DNA of 64,000 bases, taken from assembly GCA_905182155.1 (NCBI GenBank), contig CAJJAX010000036.1, positions 2,782 to 66,781 on the forward strand. The letters run 5' to 3'. The notes below the pieces were generated by a model that saw only the letters and a program-made list of their open reading frames with translations, ran no database searches and was not told the DNA's origin. The stretch comes from an uncultured Pseudomonadales bacterium. Its GTDB lineage: Bacteria; Pseudomonadota; Gammaproteobacteria; Pseudomonadales; Azotimanducaceae. The position numbers were made by a program, and so were the translations under genes. This document shows positions 10,609 to 21,474 of this stretch, in pieces (positions within the stretch are counted from its first letter, which is position 1; every line of letters starts with the position of its first letter).

Positions 10609-11928
10609 TCAAGACAGTTTTGCGACCGCCGCGTCCACAGCGGCAACCAGGTTTTCGACCATGTCATCGATCTGGCGCTCACTGACCACAAACGCCGGCC
10701 CCATACAGATCACGTCACGCACCTCACCCGTGCCGCCGGCATAGTAAAAGACGCCGCGCTCAAGCCCTTCATTGACAATCGACGTTGTCAGGCCAAGCGA
10801 TTGATCAAAGGGCGCAAGATCCGCTTTGTCCTCAACCACTTCAATTGCCGCCAAGAGGCCTCGCCCGCGCACTTCAGCAACATGCGGGTGTTGATCAAAC
10901 GCTGCGTGCAATTGCCCGTGCAGGTAGGTCCCTTTTGAGGCCGCTTCGGCAACCAGCCCCTCTTCTTTCATAATGTTCAACACTTCGACTGCCGCGGCGC
11001 ACGCCGAGGGATGCGCGCCAAAGGTATTGAACATCACTTGAAAGCCGCCGGCTTGAATGGCAGCCCCCACGCGCTCATTGGTAAAAACACCGCCCAAGGG
11101 GGCATAGCCGCCCGCAAGCCCCTTCCCGCTGACCAATATATCGGGCTCAATCGGCCAATGCTGATAACCAAAGGTCGTGCCGGTTCTGCCAAATCCGGTC
11201 ATCACTTCATCCAGAATTAAAATCAGACCAAATTCATCACACAAGGCGCGGACCTTGGGCCAGTAGTCCTCTGGCGGAACAATGGCGCCGCCTGAAGAGC
11301 CGGTAATCGGCTCAGCAATAAACCCCGCAATGGTCTCAGGGCCTTCCGCCAGGATGACATCGCGCATTTGATCCACATAATACTGCCCAAGCGAAACGGA
11401 ATTCACGCCGCTCGGCGCTCGCAAGGGATAGGGCGTTGGCACGGTAAGGTAGGTGGGCAAGGCTTGCTCCAAACCTCGTTTGCGGGTTGGATGACCGCTG
11501 ATCGCCGCCGTTGCCAAGGTGGTGCCATGGTACGAAATAGAGCGCCCAATGAGCTTTGTTCGTTGACGCTCACCAATCGCTTGTTGATATTGCAGCGCAA
11601 GCTTCATGGCCGCTTCATTGGCCTCGGTGCCACCGGACGTAAAGTGCGCCCGGGTCAGGGTTGGCGACAGCCAGTCCGCGGCCAAGGTATCGACCAGGGC
11701 TTGGCGGCTGGGCGTAATAAACGGTGGGACCACGTAGCTGGTTTCTTTTGCGGCCTTTGCGATCGCGTCAGCAACCCGCTGCCGACCATGGCCGATGTTC
11801 GTCACCACCGCGCCGCCGGCCGCATCTAGAATCGGTCGATCAGCGGCATCATACAGATACAGACCCTCGGTCCGACAAATCGTCGGGAATGACCCGCCGA
11901 CATACGGCCAACTCATTTTGTTCATCAT
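10609..11928 (-). CDS. Class III (omega-type) PLP aminotransferase
   Basis: Has LILDEVMTGFGRTG and the PLP-lysine region LVSGKGLAGGYAPLGG. Start moved from 12042 to the ATGATG at 11928/11925, which follows GGGAG. The 38 extra residues of the longest ORF look non-native. Confidence 0.85.
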   Translation of the reverse strand: MMNKMSWPYVGGSFPTICRTEGLYLYDAADRPILDAAGGAVVTNIGHGRQRVADAIAKAAKETSYVVPPFITPSRQALVDTLAADWLSPTLTRAHFTSGGTEANEAAMKLALQYQQAIGERQRTKLIGRSISYHGTTLATAAISGHPTRKRGLEQALPTYLTVPTPYPLRAPSGVNSVSLGQYYVDQMRDVILAEGPETIAGFIAEPITGSSGGAIVPPEDYWPKVRALCDEFGLILILDEVMTGFGRTGTTFGYQHWPIEPDILVSGKGLAGGYAPLGGVFTNERVGAAIQAGGFQVMFNTFGAHPSACAAAVEVLNIMKEEGLVAEAASKGTYLHGQLHAAFDQHPHVAEVRGRGLLAAIEVVEDKADLAPFDQSLGLTTSIVNEGLERGVFYYAGGTGEVRDVICMGPAFVVSERQIDDMVENLVAAVDAAVAKLS

Positions 11929-12125
11929 GCAACTCCCATTCGAGATCGCAGTATCCCACGATTTTGAGCCTGCCATGAAGTGCTTTTGAGGCTTGTAATA
12001 CTGAGCCCAGCAACCGTTATACCTATTTAAAGCCACTGCCAAGAACCAACGGCAACCTGTCTAACGGGTCGATACCCGTCCAGAATTATGCTAATTTGCC
12101 ATTCCCAAAAGACAGGAAAAATGCC

Positions 12126-13796
12126 ATGAGCGGCCCGACCAAAAGACCCTATTCTTCTCAAGTTGTCGATGGGCTCGAAAAAGCCGCGGCCAGGGCAATG
12201 CTTCACGCCGTTGGCTTCTCAGAAGCAGATTTTTCAAAGCCGCAAGTCGGAATCGCCTCGACCTGGAGCAATCTTACGCCCTGCAATGTTCATATTAATG
12301 AACTCGCCGAAGCCGCCGCCATCGGCGTCGAAGATGCCAATGCCAAAGCCATCACGTTTAATACCATAACGGTCAGCGACGGCATCTCGATGGGCTCGCC
12401 CGGGATGCGCTATTCCTTAGTTTCAAGAGAAGTGATTGCCGACTCCATTGAAACCGTGGTCGCGGGGCAAGGGTTTGATGGGTTCGTCGCCATTGGGGGC
12501 TGCGATAAAAACATGCCCGGTTGCGCCATCGCCATGGCCCGACTCGACAGACCCAGCGTCTTTGTCTATGGCGGCACCATTCAGCCGGGCAAAGACCGAC
12601 GAGATGTGATCTCCGTATTCGAGGCTGTCGGCCAATACGCCAGTGGCAATCTGTCGGAGCTCGCCCTGAAAGATATCGAGGCGACCTCAATCCCGGGCCC
12701 TGGCTCTTGTGGCGGCATGTATACCGCCAATACCATGGCCTCAGCCATCGAGGCACTCGGCTTGTCCTTGCCTAATTCGTCAGCGCAAGAAGCGATTTCT
12801 CCTCAAAAACGTCAAGACTGTCTGGCGGCGGGCGAGGCCGTTGTTAAGCTGATTCAGGCCGACATCAAGCCCAGCGACATTCTTTGCCGCGAGGCCTTCG
12901 AAAATGCCATCACGGTGACGATTGCGCTTGAGGGCTCAACCAACGCGGTCCTGCATCTGCTGGCGATCGCGCATGCGGCCAATGTGCCGCTGTCCATTGA
13001 CGACTTCACCGCCATTGGTAAACGGGTGCCTGTCCTCGCCGATATGCGACCCGCTGGGCTGTATTCTATGAGCGAACTCATTGCCATCGGCGGCATTCAA
13101 CCCCTCATGAAGACCCTCCTCGAGGCTGGCTTATTACACGGCGACTGCCTGACTGTCACGGGTAAAACCTTGGCTGAAAACTTAGCGGAGGTTGCGCCCT
13201 ATCCAGCAGAGCAGAGTATTATCAGACCGCTTTCCAATCCGATTAAGAAAGACAGCCATTTGGTCATCCTCAAAGGCAATGTTGCGCCCGGCGGCGCGGT
13301 TGCAAAAATCACCGGCCATGAAGGCTTAAAGTTCGCGGGCAGTGCTCGCTGTTTTCATGGCGAGGAAGCCGCCTTGGCGGCAATTCTGGACGGCACGGTC
13401 GAATCCGGCGATGTGGTGGTGATTCGATATGAAGGCCCGAAAGGCGGCCCAGGCATGCGCGAAATGCTCAGCCCAACCAGCGCTATCAATGGCCGCGGAT
13501 TATCCCAGGATGTCGCCCTACTCACCGACGGGCGTTTCTCGGGGGGAAGCCATGGTTTCGTGGTGGGGCATATTACTCCGGAGGCCTTTGACGGTGGACC
13601 CATCGCGCTTTTAAAAGACGGCGATCAGATTGAAATCGATGCCGATGCCAATGAGATGAACGTCTTGATCAGTGATGCCGAACTGGCCGAGCGGCGAGCG
13701 CAGTGGCAAGCGCCAAAACCCTATACTGAGCGCGGCGTTCTGGCGAAATATGCAAAACTTGTCAGTTCCGCATCGACAGGCGCGGTCACCGACTAA
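12126..13796 (+). CDS. ilvD: Dihydroxy-acid dehydratase (IlvD/Edd family, short form)
   Basis: Motifs [22 protein letters not shown] and [18 protein letters not shown]. Start set at ATG 12126, preceded by AGGAAA at 12113-12118. The track start at 12096 is a TTG. Confidence 0.85.
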   Translation: MSGPTKRPYSSQVVDGLEKAAARAMLHAVGFSEADFSKPQVGIASTWSNLTPCNVHINELAEAAAIGVEDANAKAITFNTITVSDGISMGSPGMRYSLVSREVIADSIETVVAGQGFDGFVAIGGCDKNMPGCAIAMARLDRPSVFVYGGTIQPGKDRRDVISVFEAVGQYASGNLSELALKDIEATSIPGPGSCGGMYTANTMASAIEALGLSLPNSSAQEAISPQKRQDCLAAGEAVVKLIQADIKPSDILCREAFENAITVTIALEGSTNAVLHLLAIAHAANVPLSIDDFTAIGKRVPVLADMRPAGLYSMSELIAIGGIQPLMKTLLEAGLLHGDCLTVTGKTLAENLAEVAPYPAEQSIIRPLSNPIKKDSHLVILKGNVAPGGAVAKITGHEGLKFAGSARCFHGEEAALAAILDGTVESGDVVVIRYEGPKGGPGMREMLSPTSAINGRGLSQDVALLTDGRFSGGSHGFVVGHITPEAFDGGPIALLKDGDQIEIDADANEMNVLISDAELAERRAQWQAPKPYTERGVLAKYAKLVSSASTGAVTD

Positions 13797-13863
13797 GTTT
13801 AATTGCATGACCTTTGCCGACGGTCTTTGGCAGTCGCCTTTTTGGGTCGCCGCTGATGCGTGT

Positions 13864-14316
13864 CTAGACCTTTGCCTTTGGCAGCAAAAATTGCAGGCGG
13901 CCAATCGCGATGGGTCGTTCAGGATCATCCTGCCAGAGTAACGCTCGAACGTTTGCAATCCGTCGGCCACCCCGAACAATTTCAGCCCGCCCGTAGGTCG
14001 GCCGCGCCTGCCCAGACCGCAAATAGTCAATATCCATATCCACGAGTCGAGGCGCGTTATCTAAGGACTTCAGGAACACCAACGTCAGAAGCCCCGTGAT
14101 ATCCAACAAACTGCCAATCACCCCACCATGTAGCGCGGGCAAATTAGTATTACCAATCAGATCGGCGCGGTCGACGGTGATCGTTTCTAAGCCCTCTGGT
14201 CCAACCCTAAGTTCAACGCCGAGAAACCCCGCATACGGCATTTTCATCAATTGTTGCTGCGCCAAATCTAAGTTCAGCATTGCCCAGCCTGCCTGATCCA
14301 GCTTATTCAACGGCAC
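13864..14316 (-). CDS. PaaI-type hotdog-fold thioesterase
   Basis: 150-aa ORF with LHGGVIGSLLDITG, matching the hGG..a.l.D motif of PaaI/4HBT class II thioesterases. Confidence 0.65.
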   Translation of the reverse strand: MPLNKLDQAGWAMLNLDLAQQQLMKMPYAGFLGVELRVGPEGLETITVDRADLIGNTNLPALHGGVIGSLLDITGLLTLVFLKSLDNAPRLVDMDIDYLRSGQARPTYGRAEIVRGGRRIANVRALLWQDDPERPIAIGRLQFLLPKAKV

Positions 14317-14773
14317 CTCCTACCACTTTTGACGCCGTCGCCGGATTGGGTGTGCTGGGTGTGCCGAGCATAAAGGTCGCTTGACCCGTGGCGATCAGAA
14401 CCTTCGTCGTTGTGGTTTCTGCGGTTGCCCGAACAAACGCAATGTCCCCATCAAAGCCTTCACAAACGGCTCTTACCCGAAGGGTCTCACTCAGACTCGC
14501 GGGGTTAACAAAATCAACGCGTAAATCCAGGGTCGCCATCGACGTGCCCTCTGCATAATCGCGGTGGTCCCGAATACACCATCCGGCCGTATTATCGATG
14601 GTTGCGAGAATCACGCCAGTATGGAACACCCCATCATCCGCATGGCCACTGAGATGTTCTGCGCCGGGCAGCAAGACCGCAACGCCAGGCTCCGAATCGG
14701 CCTCATCCAAGACCATACCGAGCGCCTGACCAAAAGGCGGCAACTCCTTCAAAGATTTCAAAAATAGGGACAT
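14303..14773 (-). CDS. Hotdog-fold thioesterase paralogue (PaaI-like)
   Basis: 156-aa ORF with FHTGVILATIDNTAGW at the position equivalent to the partner's motif. Its stop overlaps the start of the downstream hotdog gene by 14 nt. Confidence 0.55.
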   Translation of the reverse strand: MSLFLKSLKELPPFGQALGMVLDEADSEPGVAVLLPGAEHLSGHADDGVFHTGVILATIDNTAGWCIRDHRDYAEGTSMATLDLRVDFVNPASLSETLRVRAVCEGFDGDIAFVRATAETTTTKVLIATGQATFMLGTPSTPNPATASKVVGGAVE

Positions 14774-14912
14774 CGAGATTTCACTTCAACGCTCAGCGCG
14801 CTCTGGCAGATTAAACGGGAAGTAGTAAAACCCATTTCTAGACAAAAATATACAGAACTGGCACCCTAGGACCGTCCATAAACCGGTACAACACCCTATT
14901 AGGAACCGCTCG

Positions 14913-16010
14913 ATGACGACAACTTCAATGAATGAATTGGGCTTTTATACGTTAGCAGGCGCGCCTGAATCTCCGCGGGATTTAATTGCAGAAGTTCAAA
15001 TGGCCGAAAGCCTTGGTCTGGGTGCTTGCTTTATTTCCGAGCGATTCAACATCAAAGAGATCGCGACCCTCTCTGGCGCTGTTGGGGCCGTCTCTAACAA
15101 AATTGGCATCGCGACCGCGGCGACCAATCAAAACACACGCCATCCCATGGTGACCGCCTCGTTTGCCAGCACCATGCATTTTTTAACGGGCGGGCGGTTT
15201 TCGCTCGGTCTCGGTCGCGGCATTGAACCGGTCTTTAAAGCCTTTGGCCTGCCGTCCATTACTACCCGCGCTATGGAAGATTTCGCAGGCATTATGCGGC
15301 GTCTTCACCAGGGTGAGACTGTTTTGAATCATGAGGGTCCCGCGGGCGCCTGGCCTGCTTTACGGCTTGATCCTAACTTCAACGAACACATTCCGCTGAC
15401 GCTAACCGCTTTTGGCCCAAATTCGCTTGCCTTGGGCGGTCGGGCCTTTGACGCCGTTGTGCTGCACACCTTTTTCACGGACGAAACAACCAAAAGGGCC
15501 GTTGAGACCGTTAAGAACGCCGCGGTCAAAGCGGGCCGAAATCCGGACGATGTTCGAGTTTGGTCTTGCCTGGCAACCATTGGGGATCATCTATCCAAAC
15601 CGCTGCAATTAAAAAAACGGGTTGGCCGAATGGCCACCTATCTGCAGGCCTATGGCGACTTAATGGTTTCAACCAACCAATGGGACCCCGCCGTGCTGGC
15701 GCGCTTTCGAGCCCATGAATTGGTTCGGAACTTCCAAGGCGCACTCGATCAAAATGCCACAACCGAGGAGCTTGAAATTGTGGCGACACTGATTCCCGAT
15801 GCCTGGCTGGCACCAGCGGCCTATGGGTCGCCCACGGCGTGCGTTACCGCGATCAACCACCAGTTTAACCTGGGCTGCGATGGCGTCATTCTGCATGGCG
15901 CCTCGCCCCAAGAACTTGAACCCATCGTGCAGGCTTATGCCACTCAGAGAGATCCAGAACGGTTCCAGCACTTGCCGGCAAACCCAGCACTCGCACCGAG
16001 TCGGGCTTAG
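14913..16010 (+). CDS. Luciferase-like (LLM class) oxidoreductase, probably F420-dependent
   Basis: 365-aa ORF with the LLM N-terminal pattern AESLGLGACFISERFN and GGRFSLGLGRG. Lies 7.7 kb from the F420 biosynthesis operon. Confidence 0.7.
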   Translation: MTTTSMNELGFYTLAGAPESPRDLIAEVQMAESLGLGACFISERFNIKEIATLSGAVGAVSNKIGIATAATNQNTRHPMVTASFASTMHFLTGGRFSLGLGRGIEPVFKAFGLPSITTRAMEDFAGIMRRLHQGETVLNHEGPAGAWPALRLDPNFNEHIPLTLTAFGPNSLALGGRAFDAVVLHTFFTDETTKRAVETVKNAAVKAGRNPDDVRVWSCLATIGDHLSKPLQLKKRVGRMATYLQAYGDLMVSTNQWDPAVLARFRAHELVRNFQGALDQNATTEELEIVATLIPDAWLAPAAYGSPTACVTAINHQFNLGCDGVILHGASPQELEPIVQAYATQRDPERFQHLPANPALAPSRA

Positions 16011-17050
16011 TTTAGAACGCCCAAGGACCGGCTCATCTCGATGCTGCGTTTTGCCATGACCATAAACATTTCATTGCCGCGCTCAGTTTCACCCACAATC
16101 ATCGAAGCAATCAGCGCCATAATCATGCCCGCCGGGGCGTAGTTACGATAATAGGCAAACGCAGTGTCAAATTTCAGATCAACGCGGTAGCTTTTTAGGA
16201 CTTCCAAGTAATGCCGAATCAACGCCGCCTCGTCCTGATCTCGATCGTGGCCCAGGAGCGACGTTCCCATAAAATAGCTCACATCGTTTAGCGGACAGCC
16301 CATCGTTAACGACTGCCAATCAACGACTGTGAGCGGATAGGGCCCGCCAAACATCATGTTATCCAAACGATAATCAACATGAATCAGAACAGGAGGGTTA
16401 TTGCCGTACAACGCTTGATAAGTTGGAATTAACTCGAGCAGTTGTTCCGTGGCGGTAATCTCAACATCCGTTAATTGCGCTCCGTATCGATCGAGATAGC
16501 CCGGCATCAAACCTTTGTATAACTCGGTAATGATTGCGGTATCTTGCCGATCGGTCGAACCCAACAACAAATCATGCTTGGCCAAGGCCTCATCCCCCCA
16601 CTTTGGGCCCTGCAAATGCGCCAGCTGTTCAAGCGCCAGCGCCGCTTGATCCACGCTACAACCCTGCAATTGATCCCCCTGAACGCCGGGCGCTAAGTCT
16701 TCCATCAGCAAGACAAATTCATGCGATTCCGGGTCAATATCGGCATGGTAGATAATGGGGGTCTGGATGTTCACAGACGACTGCAAGCTTTGGTAAAAAA
16801 ACACTTCCCGAACATAATTGCGCTGCAGGATTCCGGTTTGCTTACTAACCGGATCCAGAGACGGAAACTTACCCACGACTGAGGCCGGCACACCCGTTCC
16901 GGTCAAGGAAAAGCGAACGTTCTCGCCAACCTGACCGGTCCCAATCGATTCTCCCTGCAGGCCCGTCACCACGCAGCCAGGGCAACGGACTTGCAGAGCC
17001 GCGGTCATCCAAGCGGGATCGATCTGCTCAGGGTTTGATCGAATATCCAT
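16007..17050 (-). CDS. APH/ecdysteroid-kinase-like phosphotransferase family protein
   Basis: 347-aa ORF with the catalytic-loop-like LIHVDYRLDNMMF followed by VVDWQS. This arrangement is typical of the phosphotransferases found beside acyl-CoA dehydrogenase genes. Confidence 0.7.
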   Translation of the reverse strand: MDIRSNPEQIDPAWMTAALQVRCPGCVVTGLQGESIGTGQVGENVRFSLTGTGVPASVVGKFPSLDPVSKQTGILQRNYVREVFFYQSLQSSVNIQTPIIYHADIDPESHEFVLLMEDLAPGVQGDQLQGCSVDQAALALEQLAHLQGPKWGDEALAKHDLLLGSTDRQDTAIITELYKGLMPGYLDRYGAQLTDVEITATEQLLELIPTYQALYGNNPPVLIHVDYRLDNMMFGGPYPLTVVDWQSLTMGCPLNDVSYFMGTSLLGHDRDQDEAALIRHYLEVLKSYRVDLKFDTAFAYYRNYAPAGMIMALIASMIVGETERGNEMFMVMAKRSIEMSRSLGVLN

Positions 17051-17109
17051 CGCGCGCTCCTTTTAAGGCTAAAGTCGGATCCAGAGCTTGGACCCATTTA
17101 ATGCTGCAT

Positions 17110-17892
17110 CTATGAACCCAGCTTGGCGAGCAGTCCACCAACCGAGCGCATCAACCACCTCGGCTGAAATTGCGCGGCGGTTACGGCGGCCTGATTCAGT
17201 CGGCCAGGAACACACACCACCTCGCCTTTGGCCAGTGCATCAAGACCCGCGTTGGCAACCGCCTCGGGATCGAGCACCATCGCTTCCGGTAGCGCCTCCA
17301 CGGCCGCTTGAATCACGCTCTCGGTCCGCGTAACACCCGGGCACAGCGCCGATGCCGCAACGCCAGAGCCTTTAATTTCCTCGCTCAGGGCCTCTGTCAG
17401 CGACAGCAAATAAGCTTTTGTTGCGCCGTATTGCGCCATGCCTGGCACCGCATGGAATCCCGCGACCGAACATACATTTAAAATACGACCAAAGCCTCGG
17501 CTTTGCATTAAAGGCAAAAAGTGTCGAATCAAGCGGGTTGGCGTCATCACGTTCAATTGCACCAAGGCTTGTTGGTCAACGTCTGAGGTCTGCAAAAAGC
17601 TGCCGTGGGGCGCGATTCCGGCACAATTGACGAGGACATCAACCGTCATCGGCAGGCCTTGCACGGCCGCAATGAGGTCATCAACCCCATCCTGGCAAGA
17701 CAAGTCTGCTTCAAGCGCCACCACATTAACTTGTGCGCCTAACCGCTCAGCCAACGCATCAAGTCGATCCTTTCGACGAGCCGTGACAATCAGGTTCACG
17801 CCACGCGCCGCCAAAGCCACCGCAAGTGCATTGCCAATCCCCGATGAAGCACCCGTCACAAGTGCCGTTGTCTGACTAAACGTAAAGGTCAC
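17110..17892 (-). CDS. Short-chain dehydrogenase/reductase (SDR)
   Basis: 260-aa ORF with TGASSGIGNALA (TGxxxGxG) and the catalytic YGATKAY (YxxxK). Confidence 0.9.
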   Translation of the reverse strand: MTFTFSQTTALVTGASSGIGNALAVALAARGVNLIVTARRKDRLDALAERLGAQVNVVALEADLSCQDGVDDLIAAVQGLPMTVDVLVNCAGIAPHGSFLQTSDVDQQALVQLNVMTPTRLIRHFLPLMQSRGFGRILNVCSVAGFHAVPGMAQYGATKAYLLSLTEALSEEIKGSGVAASALCPGVTRTESVIQAAVEALPEAMVLDPEAVANAGLDALAKGEVVCVPGRLNQAAVTAAQFQPRWLMRSVGGLLAKLGS

Positions 17893-18112
17893 CGATCAAC
17901 CTCCTTCAAAATTTAGATTTTCCAAGCGTCAAGTTAACCCCGCTGAATCAATCATTTTCAATCGATCCACTGCCGAATTAAAACACTAACTTCATGCCAA
18001 ACCTATTTGGGAGCCCGTCATCCATCCCTTCGCTCTGGTAACCCAGATTGATCCAATTTAATCCAACCCATCCGAAAACGGCGCAGAATCCGCTCGGCGA
18101 CCAGCGCCGTGA

Positions 18113-18874
18113 CTAGAATCCGCCAAAATCTGGCAAGCGTTTCTCTTGGAACGCCTTAACGGCTTCTAGATTGGCGGCACCACCCTTGAGCCGGTCCAAG
18201 GCTGCATTTTCTTCAGCGACCGCCGCTTTCAGCCCCTCTTTTTGTGTCCGCATGAGCAGCGCTTTCGTCTGAATGAGCGATGCCAAAGGTAGTGCTGCCA
18301 GCGTGTCAGCATGACGCATCGTGCCCGATAACAGATCTTCATCTGCAAAAACCGACATCACAAGGCCTGCCGCTTTGGCAGCTTCGGCTGACAACCATTC
18401 AGAGGACAGTAATGTCCAACTGGCCTGTTGATGGCCCATCAATCGAGCAAAGGTCACGGTGCTCGCCGCCTCAGCCGTCAAGCCCAAAGCAGAAAAAGGA
18501 CATTTAAACTTGGCTGACGCTGCCGCAAAAGAGACATCCGCCAAGCCTAAGATCGTGCAACCGATTCCTACACCCAAGCCATTGGCCGCGATTAAGAAGG
18601 GTTTCGGGAAATCGATAATGGCCTCTAGCAACCCTTTCAAGCCATGCTTCGGTGGCGTGCCCTTGGCGCCCATCGATTTTAAATCAGCACCCGAACTGAA
18701 CGCTCTGCCAGCACCCGTTAACACTAGGACTTTGGTTTCAGGGTCGGCTTCAGCGGCTAAAAAGGCATCACAAAGGTCATCCATCATCTCGGTACTGAAG
18801 GCGTTCAAAGCCTCCGGGCGATTCATCGTGACCAATCGAACATGATGGGTGATCGTACTCGTAACGACAGGCAT
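18113..18874 (-). CDS. Enoyl-CoA hydratase/isomerase (crotonase) family protein
   Basis: 253-aa ORF with RPEALNAF and VLTGAGRAFSSGADL, the oxyanion-hole region of crotonases. Confidence 0.9.
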   Translation of the reverse strand: MPVVTSTITHHVRLVTMNRPEALNAFSTEMMDDLCDAFLAAEADPETKVLVLTGAGRAFSSGADLKSMGAKGTPPKHGLKGLLEAIIDFPKPFLIAANGLGVGIGCTILGLADVSFAAASAKFKCPFSALGLTAEAASTVTFARLMGHQQASWTLLSSEWLSAEAAKAAGLVMSVFADEDLLSGTMRHADTLAALPLASLIQTKALLMRTQKEGLKAAVAEENAALDRLKGGAANLEAVKAFQEKRLPDFGGF

Positions 18875-18906
18875 TTTTTCTCCTTGAAGGTTAATTTCCT
18901 GTCAAT

Positions 18907-20052
18907 TTAGCGGCCCGCTTTGAACGGAGAGAATTGCTCCAGATAATCAATCTCTTCTGCAATATGAGTCCGCTCTTCTGCCAAATAGCGACCAACCGCC
19001 TCTCTAAAGCCATCATGCACAATCCAATGCGCGCTATAGGTATGGGTCGGCAGGTAACCCCTTGCCAGCTTATGTTGACCCTGCGCACCCGCTTCTACGC
19101 GTTTCAACTTTCTTGAGATGGCAAACTCTATCGCCTGGTAGTAACAGACTTCGAAGTGCAACATTTCGTGATGCTCGATGCAGCCCCAGTTACGTCCGTA
19201 CAGGCATTCGCCGCCAATAAAATTGATTGCACCGGCTATATAACGGCCCTCTCGTTTACACATCACGAGCAATATATCTTGCGCCATTGATGCGCCAATT
19301 AATGAGAAAAATTCACGGCTCAAGTAAGGCGTACCCCATTTACGACTGCCGGTGTCGAGGTAAAATTGATAGAAAGCATCCCAATGATGCTCTTGAATAT
19401 CTGCGCCTGTTAACCGTAAGACCTCCAAATCGTTGGCCAGCGCTTCGCGCCGCTCGCGTTTAATATTTTTGCGTTTCTTACTCGACAGACAATCCAGAAA
19501 ATCGTCGAACGTATCGTAGCCTTGGTTCTGCCAGTGATACTGTTTGTGGGTACGCAACAGCCAGCCCTCATCACCCCGGCGTTGCCAAGCGTCTTGATCT
19601 AAAAAATTAATATGGACTGATGAGATGTTCATCTCGCTGGCAAATTGGGCGGCACCCGAAACCAGCGCAGCTTCGTGTTCGCTGGACGCAACCAGCAACC
19701 GACGTCCGGTGGCTGGCGTGAACGGAATCGCGGACAGCATCTTAGGATAGTATTGACCACCGGCACGCTCGAAAGCATCCGCCCAACTGTAGTCGAAAAT
19801 ATATTCGCCCTGAGAATGCCCTTTGAGATACAACGGCATAACGCCTAGCGGCTGCTTGGCCTCATCTTCCAACACAAGATGATAGGGCAACCAACCAACG
19901 TCCGCCGACACCGAACCACTTTGCTCTAGCGCATTCAGAAAAGCATAGGACAGAAAAGGGTCCCGAGGGGACCCTTTCACGTTGGCAAACCGCTGCCAAG
20001 TCGCTTCTCCAATCTCTTGGAGACCCTCAACGGCTCTAACACTCAATGCCAT
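18907..20052 (-). CDS. FemAB-like / GNAT-fold protein of unknown function
   Basis: 381-aa ORF. The N-terminal PFLSYAFLNALEQSGSV...GWLPYHLVL block and the length match the conserved proteobacterial FemAB-like family as I remember it. Not verified by search. Confidence 0.6.
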   Translation of the reverse strand: MALSVRAVEGLQEIGEATWQRFANVKGSPRDPFLSYAFLNALEQSGSVSADVGWLPYHLVLEDEAKQPLGVMPLYLKGHSQGEYIFDYSWADAFERAGGQYYPKMLSAIPFTPATGRRLLVASSEHEAALVSGAAQFASEMNISSVHINFLDQDAWQRRGDEGWLLRTHKQYHWQNQGYDTFDDFLDCLSSKKRKNIKRERREALANDLEVLRLTGADIQEHHWDAFYQFYLDTGSRKWGTPYLSREFFSLIGASMAQDILLVMCKREGRYIAGAINFIGGECLYGRNWGCIEHHEMLHFEVCYYQAIEFAISRKLKRVEAGAQGQHKLARGYLPTHTYSAHWIVHDGFREAVGRYLAEERTHIAEEIDYLEQFSPFKAGR

Positions 20053-20070
20053 CTAAAACGCTCTTTTTGG

Positions 20071-21106
20071 TTACAGCATTTCCGAGGCAATCAGTTCCAG
20101 CGCTTCTGGCTGGCCTGCACCAATCAACATCGAGCCCACATCGCCGTTGAGACCGGCAGTTTTCCAGTGCTTTAACTGCTCTTTAATGTGCTCAGCTGGT
20201 CCAACAAGATGACAGGCATCAACCAACTCATCCGGCACCGCCGCCATCGCCTCATCCTTACGACCGGACAAATACAGATCCTGAATCGTCGCCGCCGCAT
20301 CTTCATAGCCCAAGGCCTTGGTGTAATCATTATAAAAGTTCTTATCACGAGCCCCCATGCCACCAATATAAAGCGCCATATTGCCCTTAATCGGCATTCT
20401 GCAAGCCTCAATGTCATCACCCATAATACAAGTCACGAACGGCGCCACATCATAATCCAGCATCGTGCGACCCGATTTGGTTAAGACCTTTTTCGATATG
20501 ACCTCGGAGGGCGCCTGGATTAGCGGGGTTCATCCAGATGGGGAAGACGCCATCGGCCACTTCTGCGCTGCCAGCAAGACCATTGGGCGTAATCGAGGCC
20601 GTATAAATCGGAATCGAGGTGTCCGCTTGTAAAATGCTCTTCAAGGATTTGCCAAGGCCGGTGCCATCCTCGCCAGTGTAGGGCAAGCTGTAATGAAACC
20701 CTTCGTGTTCAACCGGTCCCTCACGGGCAAAGATTTTTTTCATGATACTGACATATTCCTTCACCCGGGTGACGGGTCGACCATAGGCCACGCCGTGCCA
20801 TCCCTCGACCACTTGGGGGCCCGATGCGCCAAGCCCAACCATAAACCGGCCGTTAGACAATTGATTCAGCGTCATCGCGGTCATCGCAGTACAAGCCGGC
20901 GAGCGCGCGGGCATTTGCATGATGGCGGTCCCAACCTTGATTTTATCCGTCTGCGCCAGGATCCAAGCAGCCGGTGTGACCGCGTCAGAACCATAGGCTT
21001 CAGCGGTCCAAAGCGAGTCGTAACCCATACTTTCCGCCATCTTGATGCGTTGAATGTCGATGTTCAGTACTTTGCCGCCGTATCCGGCCAGTATTCCTAG
21101 TTTCAT
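20071..21106 (-). pseudogene. LLM-class (probably F420-dependent) oxidoreductase split by a single-base frameshift near 20455-20490
   Basis: The track ORFs 20450..21106 (MKLGILAGY...MAESMGYDSLWTAEAYGSD...FPIWMNPANPGALRGHIEKGL) and 20071..20463 (MLDYDVAPFV...YIGGMGARDKNFYNDY...) are the N and C halves of one roughly 345-aa LLM protein. The other frame across the junction reads TKSGRTMLDYDV with no stop. Confidence 0.75.
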
Positions 21107-21474
21107 GGTCTCTTTCCTTTTTAATTCAAACTATCGTGTTTATTGCCAAAACAATCGCGGCTTAACCAGATTGAACCCGGGCCCTGTAAACCGGGGTCAT
21201 GCCGGTTCAACCGATCGATCAGCCGCTCTGGGTTTCAGGATTCCGTCTAACGCTTAACGTTTGCCCTGCTGCATTTTGCGTCTCACCGAGGCCTTGCCGC
21301 TTTACTTTTTTGTGCCCGCATCGCATTGATCACCTTTTTTTTGGTTTACCGCCAAGGTCCCTTCCGCGTTCTGCGTCGACTTCTACTGTTACTTTCGCTA
21401 TTACTTTCGCTTAATTTTAGCTCGGGCCTCGGCTTCGGATTGTCCCCCTCAGCATCCGCCCAAGCAGCACCGCA

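Noticed and set aside
20450-20500. Programmed ribosomal frameshifting as the explanation for the split LLM, fbiC, ilvC and modF genes
   Set aside because: I saw no slippery heptamer with a downstream structure at any site. The families involved are not known to use frameshifting. ilvC and the small ORF break at plain 3-nt homopolymer runs, and the fbiC break looks like a single base lost from a Pro codon.
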